Origin: an uncultured Veillonella sp.
GTDB taxonomy: Bacteria > Bacillota > Negativicutes > Veillonellales > Veillonellaceae
NCBI GenBank assembly: GCA_963523985.1
Contig: CAUREE010000003.1
Coordinates: 8,491 to 72,490, forward strand
Direction of reading: 5' to 3'
Length of the DNA stretch: 64,000 nt
The notes beneath the pieces are model-generated. The model ran no database searches and had not been told where the DNA came from. It was given only the letters and a program-made list of their open reading frames with translations. Made by a program: the position numbers and the translations under genes. Positions 31,660 to 40,391 of this stretch are shown one piece after another; positions within the stretch are counted from its first letter, which is position 1; the number at the start of each line of letters is the position of its first letter.

Positions 31660-32655
31660 CTATCTTATCTCTATTGGTGTATATCGCTCAAGATCTATAT
31701 TCATAATTGTTGATGCATAGGCTTTACATTGACTAAAAATAGATTCTCTAAATGTTTGTCCTCTATCCATATATTGATTCATGCTTTTTATCTTTTTATT
31801 ATAGGCACTCAAAAATAGTTTTCTTCCTGCTCCATTTAAATAGCACCCTTCACCAGAATATTGAAAGTCTTCATCTACATCTATCATATTTCGTTTAACT
31901 AAATTAAGCACTAATGAATCAATTACGGGGGCTCTCCATTCTTCAATTAAATCAGATACTAAGGCTGGATGCCCACCCTTAATAGAATGCATGCACCCTA
32001 AAAAAGGATGTAATCCAGCATTAATAACTCCTGCCATAATTTCATTAAAGAGCATACTATACCCTAATCCTAACATGGCATTAAATGGATCTAATGGAGG
32101 CTGTTTACTTCGTTTTGTAAAAATGAATTCTAAGGGGACAATCTTTCCTAGCCCTTCAAAATATAAGCGCCTAATGATCCCCTCATATCCCATCAATTCT
32201 TCAATGCTTATTGCTTTATGTATATTCTTACGGATATGACAAATGTTATTAATTGACATCATAACACTATCATCAAGAAGATTCCTTTCATAGCGTCTCA
32301 ATATAGTTAGCTGATTATTTATTTTAGCATTGATTAGCTTTTTACTAAGTGCTAAACAGAACTCTTTATCGCCCCTTATAGTAAATTGTCTCTGATGCTT
32401 ATGAATATCTACAGTATTTGTATTAATCAAAGTACCGAAATATTTCCCATATCCTGATAACCAGGTCACTGGAATACCATTAGATATAAAATCAGTCAAT
32501 AATGATGATGAAATATGAACCGAGTCAAACACTGTTACATCATCAATAGACTCAAATGGTACTTCAAATAATACTTCATGATTCCTACCAACAATAACAT
32601 GCCCACCTTTTCGTTTAATAAACGAGCCTGATTCTGTCACATATAAAGTCGTCAT
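31660..32655 (-). CDS. cas1: Cas1 integrase
   Basis: LYVTESG, GYEG, FTKRSKQPPLDPFNAML, H...DLIEEWR. True start ATG 32655 after AAGGGAGG; the longer ORF call runs into the array. Confidence 0.96.
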   Translation of the reverse strand: MTTLYVTESGSFIKRKGGHVIVGRNHEVLFEVPFESIDDVTVFDSVHISSSLLTDFISNGIPVTWLSGYGKYFGTLINTNTVDIHKHQRQFTIRGDKEFCLALSKKLINAKINNQLTILRRYERNLLDDSVMMSINNICHIRKNIHKAISIEELMGYEGIIRRLYFEGLGKIVPLEFIFTKRSKQPPLDPFNAMLGLGYSMLFNEIMAGVINAGLHPFLGCMHSIKGGHPALVSDLIEEWRAPVIDSLVLNLVKRNMIDVDEDFQYSGEGCYLNGAGRKLFLSAYNKKIKSMNQYMDRGQTFRESIFSQCKAYASTIMNIDLERYTPIEIR

Positions 32656-32694
32656 ACAAATGCCTCCCTTATAATACAAAACTATATTAAAATA

Positions 32695-34014
32695 TAATCC
32701 GTCCCCGCACTGGGGATTATTTTTTATCATGCAAAAATTTAGGAGAACATATGATGGGATACATTGCATGTTTCTGTCCCCGTACTGGGGATTATTTTTT
32801 TCAAACCAAAGTACAAGAACACTAAAGAAAATGAAATCTTTCATAAGTTTCCGTCCCCGTATTGGGGATTATTTTTATCGGAATTAAAATGTTAAAAGTT
32901 ACATTCACAACTCACGCAAGGTTTCCGCCCCCATACTGGGGATTCTTTTTTTATCAAGATAAATATACAACTCATAAATGACATAAAATCAGTGGGTTTC
33001 CTTCCCCGTACTGGGGATTATTTTTTTATCAATGGTCAAGTATTTAAACAAGCAGAATAAAACTAATTTATTGTTTCCGTCCCCGTATTGAGGATTATTT
33101 TTTATCAATTTAGATTATGTTGAAGTATCATGGGAGGAAATAGATGATGAGTTTCCGTCCCCATACTGGGGATTATGTTTTTATCGATTGTCCTTATCGT
33201 GTACAGTTCGATGAACAGGGGAATTTTATATTTCCGTCCCCGTATTGGGGATTATTTTTTTTCGTAAAACAAAGCATAGATTAACGTCCGCTTTTGTTAC
33301 GTTTCCGTCCCCGTACTGGGGATTATTTTTTATCGATAAGCAAAACGAGGAGTATTTACGGATTATTGTAGAGTTCCGTCCCCGTACCGGGGATTATTTT
33401 TTTATCTGCCAAGAAGTTTAGCAAGAACTATAAAGGCGGCACTGATAAGTTTCCGTCCCCATACTGGGGATTATTTTTTTATCGCCAAAGCCAATACAGC
33501 AATAGATAACATCTCTGATGACGGTAAGTTTCCGTCCCCGTACTGGGGATTATTTTTTTATCATATGTAAGATTTGCGATGAAAAAAATAAAAGAACAAG
33601 GGCGTTTCCGTCCCCGTACTGGGGATTATTTTTTATCACAAAAAGTTAACATTGGACATTATATTGGAGGTTTATATTTGTTTCCGTCCCCGTACTGGGG
33701 ATTATTTTTTATCCGGTGCTTGCCTTATACTGTAGTTTGCCTGCTGGGCTTGAGTTTCCGTCCCCGTACTGGGGATTATTTTTTATCAAAAGACGCAATG
33801 ATACACATGGGAATAGATTTTGTGCATGAGTTTCCGTCCCCGTACTGGGGATTATTTTTTATCGGGTTCATGGTGTGAATACGATACAAACATGGAATTA
33901 GTAAAGTTTCCGTCCCCGTACTGGGGATTATTTTTTATCACTTAGAGATGTAAAGTTTTTTGAAGGAGAAGATGTTGTGGGTTTCCGTCCCCGTACTGGG
34001 GATTATTTTTTATC
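32695..34014 (-). CRISPR. Type III-A CRISPR array, 18 repeats and 17 spacers (about 37-44 nt)
   Basis: Repeat on + is GTTTCCGTCCCCGTACTGGGGATTATTTTTTATC (34 bp). On minus it ends ACGGAAAC, the III-A 5' tag, and has a TCCCC/GGGGA hairpin. Copies are perfect at the right (leader) end and degenerate at the left. Confidence 0.99.
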
Positions 34015-34292
34015 CCTACCCTCTATTATTATGATAACTACGGCTTTTAAGCCACTAATATCGGCGAAGTCCTCATATACACAACCTGAACTTCTAACAT
34101 GACACACAAAATTGTCATTTAAGCCATTTCTTATCACATCGGCGGAGATTTATTTATAGCACAAGAATACCATATATCATAGATAACTTGCAAATTTCAA
34201 AAACAAAGGATCCTACCACCAAAATATATCAAACCTTACGGATGTGAGGGGTAGCTTGGTTACATGATAAATCCAACCTAATACTCCGTCAA
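34015..34292 (-). promoter_or_regulatory. CRISPR leader with sigma70 promoter(s)
   Basis: Minus strand TTGACG (34287-34292)-17-TATCAT (34264-34269). Second candidate TTGCAA (34188-34193)-18-TATTCT (34164-34169). Confidence 0.75.
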
Positions 34293-34467
34293 GTTTCATT
34301 TCTTATTTTCACTTATAAATATAAATTATTTAATGTTATGGTGAATCTTCGAATAAAATAAAATACATATCCATGTTCACTATCTCCCCACTACAAATCC
34401 CCTATAAAATGCTATAATATAATCAACAAGTAACAACATATTAATCTATACAATAAAGGAGTTCTCC

Positions 34468-36693
34468 ATGATTCGTATTGCTTTTGGTCAAATTCAGGTA
34501 CACCCTGGTGAGCCTGCTACAAACTTTCAATCTATAATGCATGCCATCGACTATGCCAAGGCGGTAAGCACGGATATCCTTATCTTTCCAGAATTGTGCC
34601 TCAGTGGGTATATGATTGGAGACTTGTGGGACCAAGTGCCCTTTGTGAAGGATTGTCTCTATTACGGTGAGGAACTGGTGAAAGCCACTGAAAACACCAA
34701 TCTTACGATTATCTTTGGTAATGTAGGTATTGATGAAAGCCTCCGCAATCTAGACGGCAGTCTTCGCAAGTATAATGCTCTGTATGTAGCATCCAAAGGT
34801 AAATTAGTATCTAACCCGTCACAACCGTATCCGTTTACCATAAAAACATTATTGCCATGTTATCGATACTTTAACGAGCCACGTTATTTCACTAGCGCTA
34901 ATGTAGTGGCAAAAGAACGTAATCTATCATTATCCGATATCAACCAACCTCTCACTATTTCTACACGTCAAGGCGACTTTACTATTGCTCCTGTTATCTG
35001 TGAAGATAGCTGGGATACGCACTACCCAGATTGCCCAACTAGTCTTATGCTAGAATCTGCAAAAGCGAAAGGCCAGCACATCGATTTGATCGTTAATTGT
35101 TCTTCCTCCCCTTACACTATTCACAAACAAGAACAACGTCGTGCCTTATTTAGGAACCAAGCCAAACGATACAACACACCGATTGCCTATGCAAATCATG
35201 TAGGCATTCAAAACAATGGCAAAAATATCTGCATTTATGATGGATGTTCTACTTTGTATGATGTGAATGGTTCTGTTGTGGAAGAAGTACCAGCTTTTGA
35301 AAATACAGTACGCCCTACATTATTAAAAGATACCTTGTGGCAACCACTTTCAAATTCTAACTCTGAACAACAGGATACTTCTGAAGATAGTACAGCACTT
35401 CAACTGTCCCTAGAACATAATAGATGTGATAAAAATGATACATATCATACACAGGATTTAAATCATATACAGGATACAACTCCTACCTACATCCCTACCC
35501 TATTCAAATCCCTTCAATACGGTATTCGTCAATTTTTAGCACAAACTGGGATTAAAAAGATTGTCATTGGTGCCTCAGGTGGTATCGACTCTGCCCTTAA
35601 TGCTGCTTTGTACAGCACGGTATTACCGCCAGAGAATTTATACTTAGTCAATATGCCAAGCCGTTACAACTCAGATATAACAAAAGATTTGGCCTACCAA
35701 TTAGCACAGAACATCGGTTGCCATTATGGTGTATTCCCTATTGAGGAAGCTGTCAGTGACACCATTGAGCAATTAGAGAATACTAGCTTTACAAAGTATA
35801 ACACCCATGTCATCCCAGAATTACATCACCATGGTAATGTGCATACAACAACTATGCTAGATGTAAAGGGAAATACTGTATCTTCTGAAGAAGATATGAG
35901 CCAAATTGTGTTATACAGTTCTGACCAAACACCTACAAACTATGATGCGCAACGCCCTATTGAAAATGACTCCAACACTACATCTTTCTTGCAGTTATCT
36001 ACATTAGCAAAGGAAAACATCCAAGCCCGTGATCGTTCCTCTCGTATCTTAGCCGGCATAGCATCTGCTGTGAATGGGGCTTTCACATGCAATGGCAATA
36101 AAACGGAGTTCACTGTCGGTTATGCTACGATGTACGGTGATTTAGCTGGCTTCCTTGCCGTAACAGGGGATGTGTGGAAAACGGATGTGTATGCACTGGC
36201 TCGTTATATGAATGAATACATTTTTAAACGGGAGGTCATTCCTCAAGGATCCATCGATGTGGTCCCTAGTGCAGAGCTTTCCGATACACAGGATGTAACG
36301 CAAGGGCTAGGTGATCCCTTACAGTATGAATATCACGACTGCTTATTCCGTGCCTTCGTAGAGGGTACACCTCATACACTGCCTCATCAGCGTTTGACGC
36401 CTGAGGATATCTTGTGTGCCTATGAAAAAGGCACATTGGAGCACCTATTAGGATTGCCACACCCTGTTTCTCACTATTTCACATCTACAGATCAGTTTAT
36501 CAACGACCTCGAACGCTGGTGGAAATCTTTCAACGGATTAGCTGTGGCAAAACGCATCCAATCTCCGCCACTGTTCCTTGTCAGTGAACGTGCCTTCGGT
36601 ACTGACCTAAGTGAAAGCCAATTAAAACCATATTTCTCACGTACTTACCATATCATTAAAGAGAGAGTTCTATATCACCACACCAAAAAGTGA
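34468..36693 (+). CDS. nadE: Glutamine-dependent NAD+ synthetase
   Basis: Nitrilase-type glutaminase (FPEL, ICED) plus synthetase SGGIDS, ENIQAR, NKTE, GYATMYGD, PSAEL. RBS AAGGAG and extended -10 TGCTATAAT upstream. Confidence 0.95.
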   Translation: MIRIAFGQIQVHPGEPATNFQSIMHAIDYAKAVSTDILIFPELCLSGYMIGDLWDQVPFVKDCLYYGEELVKATENTNLTIIFGNVGIDESLRNLDGSLRKYNALYVASKGKLVSNPSQPYPFTIKTLLPCYRYFNEPRYFTSANVVAKERNLSLSDINQPLTISTRQGDFTIAPVICEDSWDTHYPDCPTSLMLESAKAKGQHIDLIVNCSSSPYTIHKQEQRRALFRNQAKRYNTPIAYANHVGIQNNGKNICIYDGCSTLYDVNGSVVEEVPAFENTVRPTLLKDTLWQPLSNSNSEQQDTSEDSTALQLSLEHNRCDKNDTYHTQDLNHIQDTTPTYIPTLFKSLQYGIRQFLAQTGIKKIVIGASGGIDSALNAALYSTVLPPENLYLVNMPSRYNSDITKDLAYQLAQNIGCHYGVFPIEEAVSDTIEQLENTSFTKYNTHVIPELHHHGNVHTTTMLDVKGNTVSSEEDMSQIVLYSSDQTPTNYDAQRPIENDSNTTSFLQLSTLAKENIQARDRSSRILAGIASAVNGAFTCNGNKTEFTVGYATMYGDLAGFLAVTGDVWKTDVYALARYMNEYIFKREVIPQGSIDVVPSAELSDTQDVTQGLGDPLQYEYHDCLFRAFVEGTPHTLPHQRLTPEDILCAYEKGTLEHLLGLPHPVSHYFTSTDQFINDLERWWKSFNGLAVAKRIQSPPLFLVSERAFGTDLSESQLKPYFSRTYHIIKERVLYHHTKK

Positions 36694-36702
36694 GTATATT
36701 TC

Positions 36703-36731
36703 TTGATTTTAAAAATATAAATCTATACTAT
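36703..36731 (+). promoter_or_regulatory. Putative sigma70 promoter of the pfl operon
   Basis: TTGATT-17 bp-TACTAT. Confidence 0.6.
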
Positions 36732-36939
36732 AGTAACGCTATATACAACTTTGTAATATACCTTATTAGATATCTTACATCCTGTATATAGCGTTATTTA
36801 ATGTTTGACCATTTACTCATGCACCACTTTCAAAAATGATATAACCCATACTGAAAATTATATTGTAATGATAATCGTTATAGATTACAATAAAGTTAAC
36901 CCTATGGGTTACGTTTTAATGTGTATTTGGAGGTATATT

Positions 36940-39069
36940 ATGCAACAAGCATGGAAAGACTTCAATACAGGTGTATGGGATAAGTCCGTGGACGTACGCG
37001 ATTTTATCCAACGAAACTATGTGCCTTATGTAGGCGATGATTCTTTTCTAGTAGGTCCTACAGAACGAACTACTAGACTTTGGCAACGGGTATTAGATTT
37101 ATATGAGGAAGAACGACAAAAAGGTTCTGTCATCGATGCAGACACTAATGTAGCAACTCATATTACGGCGCATGCCCCTGGATATATTATTCAAGAAGAT
37201 GAACAAATTGTAGGTCTTCAAACTGATTATCCTTTGAAACGTGCCATGTTCCCTTATGGTGGTTTACGAACTGCTAAAAGTGCTATCGAAGAGTATGGTT
37301 ACAAAATGGATCCAACTCTTGAAGCATTCTTTAAAACTCATCGTAAGACACATAATGATGGTGTATTTGATGTATATACACCTGAGATGCGAGCTGCTCG
37401 CTCTGCTCACATTATTACGGGCCTACCTGACGCGTATAGCCGCGGCCGAATTATCGGTGATTATCGCCGTGTAGCCTTATATGGTGTAGATTATTTGATC
37501 AAGGATAAAGAAGATCAATTCAGTATCACCATGGGCGATATGATGCCAGATATCATTCGTGACCGCGAAGAAATTCGAGATCAAATCCGCTCTTTGAAAG
37601 AATTAAAAGAAATGGCTGCGTCCTACGGATTTGATATCTCCAAACCTGCTACCGATGTAAAAGAAGCTATCCAATGGCTATACTTTGGCTATTTGGGTGC
37701 TATCAAAGAACAAAACGGTGCAGCTATGTCCATCGGACGTAACTCCACTTTCTTGGACATCTATGCAGAACGTGATTTGAAGTCTGGTAAATATACAGAA
37801 GAACAAATCCAAGAAATGGTGGATCACTTCATTATGAAATTGCGCATGGTTCGTTTCGCACGTATCCATGAATACAACAATTTATTTACTGGTGATCCTG
37901 TATGGACAACTGAGTCTATCGGTGGTATGGGCACTGATGGACGTACACTAGTGTCTAAAACGGCATTCCGTGTCCTACATACATTGCAAAACCTTGGTCC
38001 TGCTCCTGAACCAAACTTAACAGTGCTTTGGTCTCCTTCCCTCCCTGAAGGTTTCAAAAAGTTCTGTGCGAAGCTCTCTATTGCAACATCTTCCATTCAA
38101 TATGAGAACGACGAAATCATGCGCCCAAATTCTGGCGATGATTACGCCATCGCTTGCTGCGTATCCCCTATGCGTATTGGTAAAGAAATGCAATTCTTTG
38201 GCGCTCGCTGTAACTTAGCGAAAGCCTTACTATACGCAATCAATGGTGGCGTAGATGAAAAGCTGAAAAAACAAGTAGGTCCAAAATTCCGCCCTATTAC
38301 TTCAGAATACCTTGACTTCGACGAAGTGATGGAACGCTTTGAAGATATGACGGAATGGTTAGCAGGTGTATATGTGAATGCTTTAAATATCATTCATTAC
38401 ATGCATGACAAATACGCCTATGAAAAATTGGAAATGGCATTGCATGACCGTAAGGTAACACGTTGGTTTGCTACAGGTATTGCTGGACTTTCCGTAGTAG
38501 CTGATTCTTTATCCGCTATTAAATATGCGAAAGTAAAACCTATACGTGATGAAAATGGTATTGCTATTGATTTTGAAATTGAAGGCGAATTCCCTAAATA
38601 TGGTAATGATGATGATCGTGTAGATGATTTAGCTGCTACGGTGGTATCTGGGTTTATGAATAAAATTCGTAAACATCCAACCTATCGTCAATCCGTACCT
38701 ACTATGTCACTATTAACCATTACATCGAATGTGGTATACGGTAATGCCACTGGTGCTACTCCTGACGGACGTAAAGCAGGTATTCCATTTGCTCCTGGTG
38801 CCAACCCTATGCATGGTCGTGACGAACACGGTGCTATCTCTTCCCTAGCATCTGTTGCTAAAATGCCATGGCGTGATTGTTGCGATGGTATTTCTAATAC
38901 ATTCTCTATTATTCCAGATTCTCTTGGTAAATCCGGAGAGTCTATGGTTACATTAGGCGACTTGGACCTAGATATAGACCTAGGCAATATTGAACATGCA
39001 TTAGCCGATGGTTGTGAAAATCTAGCTTGCCGTGAGCCAAATGTTACATTCCCTGAAGAAAAGGAGTAA
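36940..39069 (+). CDS. pflB: Pyruvate formate-lyase large subunit, lacking the C-terminal glycyl-radical domain
   Basis: [18 protein letters not shown], active-site [25 protein letters not shown]; no RVSGY. Start ATG 36940 after GGAGG. Confidence 0.96.
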   Translation: MQQAWKDFNTGVWDKSVDVRDFIQRNYVPYVGDDSFLVGPTERTTRLWQRVLDLYEEERQKGSVIDADTNVATHITAHAPGYIIQEDEQIVGLQTDYPLKRAMFPYGGLRTAKSAIEEYGYKMDPTLEAFFKTHRKTHNDGVFDVYTPEMRAARSAHIITGLPDAYSRGRIIGDYRRVALYGVDYLIKDKEDQFSITMGDMMPDIIRDREEIRDQIRSLKELKEMAASYGFDISKPATDVKEAIQWLYFGYLGAIKEQNGAAMSIGRNSTFLDIYAERDLKSGKYTEEQIQEMVDHFIMKLRMVRFARIHEYNNLFTGDPVWTTESIGGMGTDGRTLVSKTAFRVLHTLQNLGPAPEPNLTVLWSPSLPEGFKKFCAKLSIATSSIQYENDEIMRPNSGDDYAIACCVSPMRIGKEMQFFGARCNLAKALLYAINGGVDEKLKKQVGPKFRPITSEYLDFDEVMERFEDMTEWLAGVYVNALNIIHYMHDKYAYEKLEMALHDRKVTRWFATGIAGLSVVADSLSAIKYAKVKPIRDENGIAIDFEIEGEFPKYGNDDDRVDDLAATVVSGFMNKIRKHPTYRQSVPTMSLLTITSNVVYGNATGATPDGRKAGIPFAPGANPMHGRDEHGAISSLASVAKMPWRDCCDGISNTFSIIPDSLGKSGESMVTLGDLDLDIDLGNIEHALADGCENLACREPNVTFPEEKE

Positions 39070-39071
39070 CT

Positions 39072-39311
39072 ATGACAAACGAACAACAAGTTGATAATTT
39101 AGTACAGTTATTAGATGGGTACAGCAAAAAAGGCGGCCACCATTTAAACGTAAATGTATTCAATCGTGAAACATTATTAGATGCTCAAAAACATCCTGAA
39201 TTGTATCCACAATTGACTATCCGTGTATCTGGTTACGCGGTTCATTTCAATAAGTTGACAAAAGCTCAACAAGACGAAGTGATTGCTCGTACATTCCATC
39301 AATCCATGTAA
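39072..39311 (+). CDS. Autonomous glycyl-radical subunit (PFL C-terminal domain, GrcA/YfiD-like)
   Basis: GGHHLNVNV...[13 protein letters not shown]; own RBS AAGGAG at 39061-39066. Confidence 0.95.
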   Translation: MTNEQQVDNLVQLLDGYSKKGGHHLNVNVFNRETLLDAQKHPELYPQLTIRVSGYAVHFNKLTKAQQDEVIARTFHQSM

Positions 39312-39317
39312 TACACT

Positions 39318-40088
39318 ATGGTAGGTCGTATTCATTCCATTGAGACTATGGGAACTGTGGATGGTCCGGGCATGCGATTTGTCCTCTTCCTTCAAGGTTG
39401 CCCATTGCGATGTGCCTATTGCCATAACCCAGATACTTGGGATCCCTCTACGTATGCCCAAGAAATGACGGTGGCAGATGTGTGGACACAATTTGAAAGG
39501 AATCGAGACTTTTATATCACTGGAGGCATTACTGTCACTGGTGGCGAAGCATTGTTGCAACTCCCTTTTATTATCGAACTCTTTACTTTCTTTCACGGAA
39601 AGGGAATTCATACTTGTCTAGATACAAGCGGGATTTGCTACACACAAGAACAGGCTAGAGAGTACAAAATGCTTCTTGACGTAACGGATTTAGTCATTCT
39701 TGATGTGAAAGAGATCGATTCCTCTATACACGAAACACTAACTGGCAAACCTAATGATGCGGTCCTAGAGTTCGCTAAGTTTATAGACGAGCAGGGTACC
39801 GATTTTTGGGTACGCCACGTGGTAGTCCCAACCATCACAGATAATCGCGATCGCTGGTATCGGCTTGGTTTCTTTCTAGGTGCCTTCAAACATTTGAAAG
39901 CCGTAGATTGCTTACCTTACCACGTCATGGGGGTTAATAAATATGAAAGTCTTGGCATTTCCTATCGCTTAGATGGAATCCCGCCCCTCTCAAAAGCTGA
40001 CGCACAGCGTGCACTCCGCGTTGTCCTTTCTGGAATACGCGACTACCGCCGAGGTTTATGGTGTCCTCTTAAAACACCAGAAAGTTAA
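39318..40088 (+). CDS. pflA: PFL-activating radical SAM enzyme
   Basis: TVDGPG, CPLRCAYCHNPDTW (CxxxCxxC), TGGE, LDTSG, LPYH. Confidence 0.97.
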   Translation: MVGRIHSIETMGTVDGPGMRFVLFLQGCPLRCAYCHNPDTWDPSTYAQEMTVADVWTQFERNRDFYITGGITVTGGEALLQLPFIIELFTFFHGKGIHTCLDTSGICYTQEQAREYKMLLDVTDLVILDVKEIDSSIHETLTGKPNDAVLEFAKFIDEQGTDFWVRHVVVPTITDNRDRWYRLGFFLGAFKHLKAVDCLPYHVMGVNKYESLGISYRLDGIPPLSKADAQRALRVVLSGIRDYRRGLWCPLKTPES

Positions 40089-40118
40089 ACTCATAATAAT
40101 ACTTTCCTGATCTTTCAT

Positions 40119-40154
40119 AAAAGCGCACTATCCTTCGTGGACAGTGCGCTTTTT
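40119..40154 (+). terminator. Terminator of the pfl operon
   Basis: AAGCGCACT...AGTGCGCTT followed by a T-tract. Confidence 0.85.
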
Positions 40155-40391
40155 CTGTATACCTCCGTAGACATATCGGTATGTGTATATTCCTATGTAT
40201 CTGTTATATTATCATTTTGTGTTCATGTATTGATATTCATTTCTTATGGATACCTTTTACATATTAGATATTTAGTTGTATAATAGGAGAGTATTATTTC
40301 AGACTATCTCACTATGATTTTGGTGTAAGTGAATCCTATGTGCACTACTGCACCATCATAGTCTTTTGTACCTAAAGTTAGGAGGCATTTC

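Noticed and set aside
32656..32844. N-terminal extension of the Cas1 ORF (394 aa call)
   Set aside because: It translates CRISPR repeats (NNPQYGD/NNPQCGD). The real start with RBS is at 32655, and no RT or Cas6 fusion is present.
33579..33878. 99-aa ORF within the array
   Set aside because: Translation of repeats and spacers (repeating FRPRTGDYFLS / FPSPYWGLFFI)
36735..36939. ZTP (pfl motif) riboswitch expected upstream of pfl
   Set aside because: The conserved GACUGGCG and CGCCUGGG elements are not present
39000..39075. pflB split as a pseudogene or sequencing frameshift
   Set aside because: A ~45-aa non-homologous tail, a dedicated RBS/ATG, intact catalytic motifs and an intact pflA argue for a functional split
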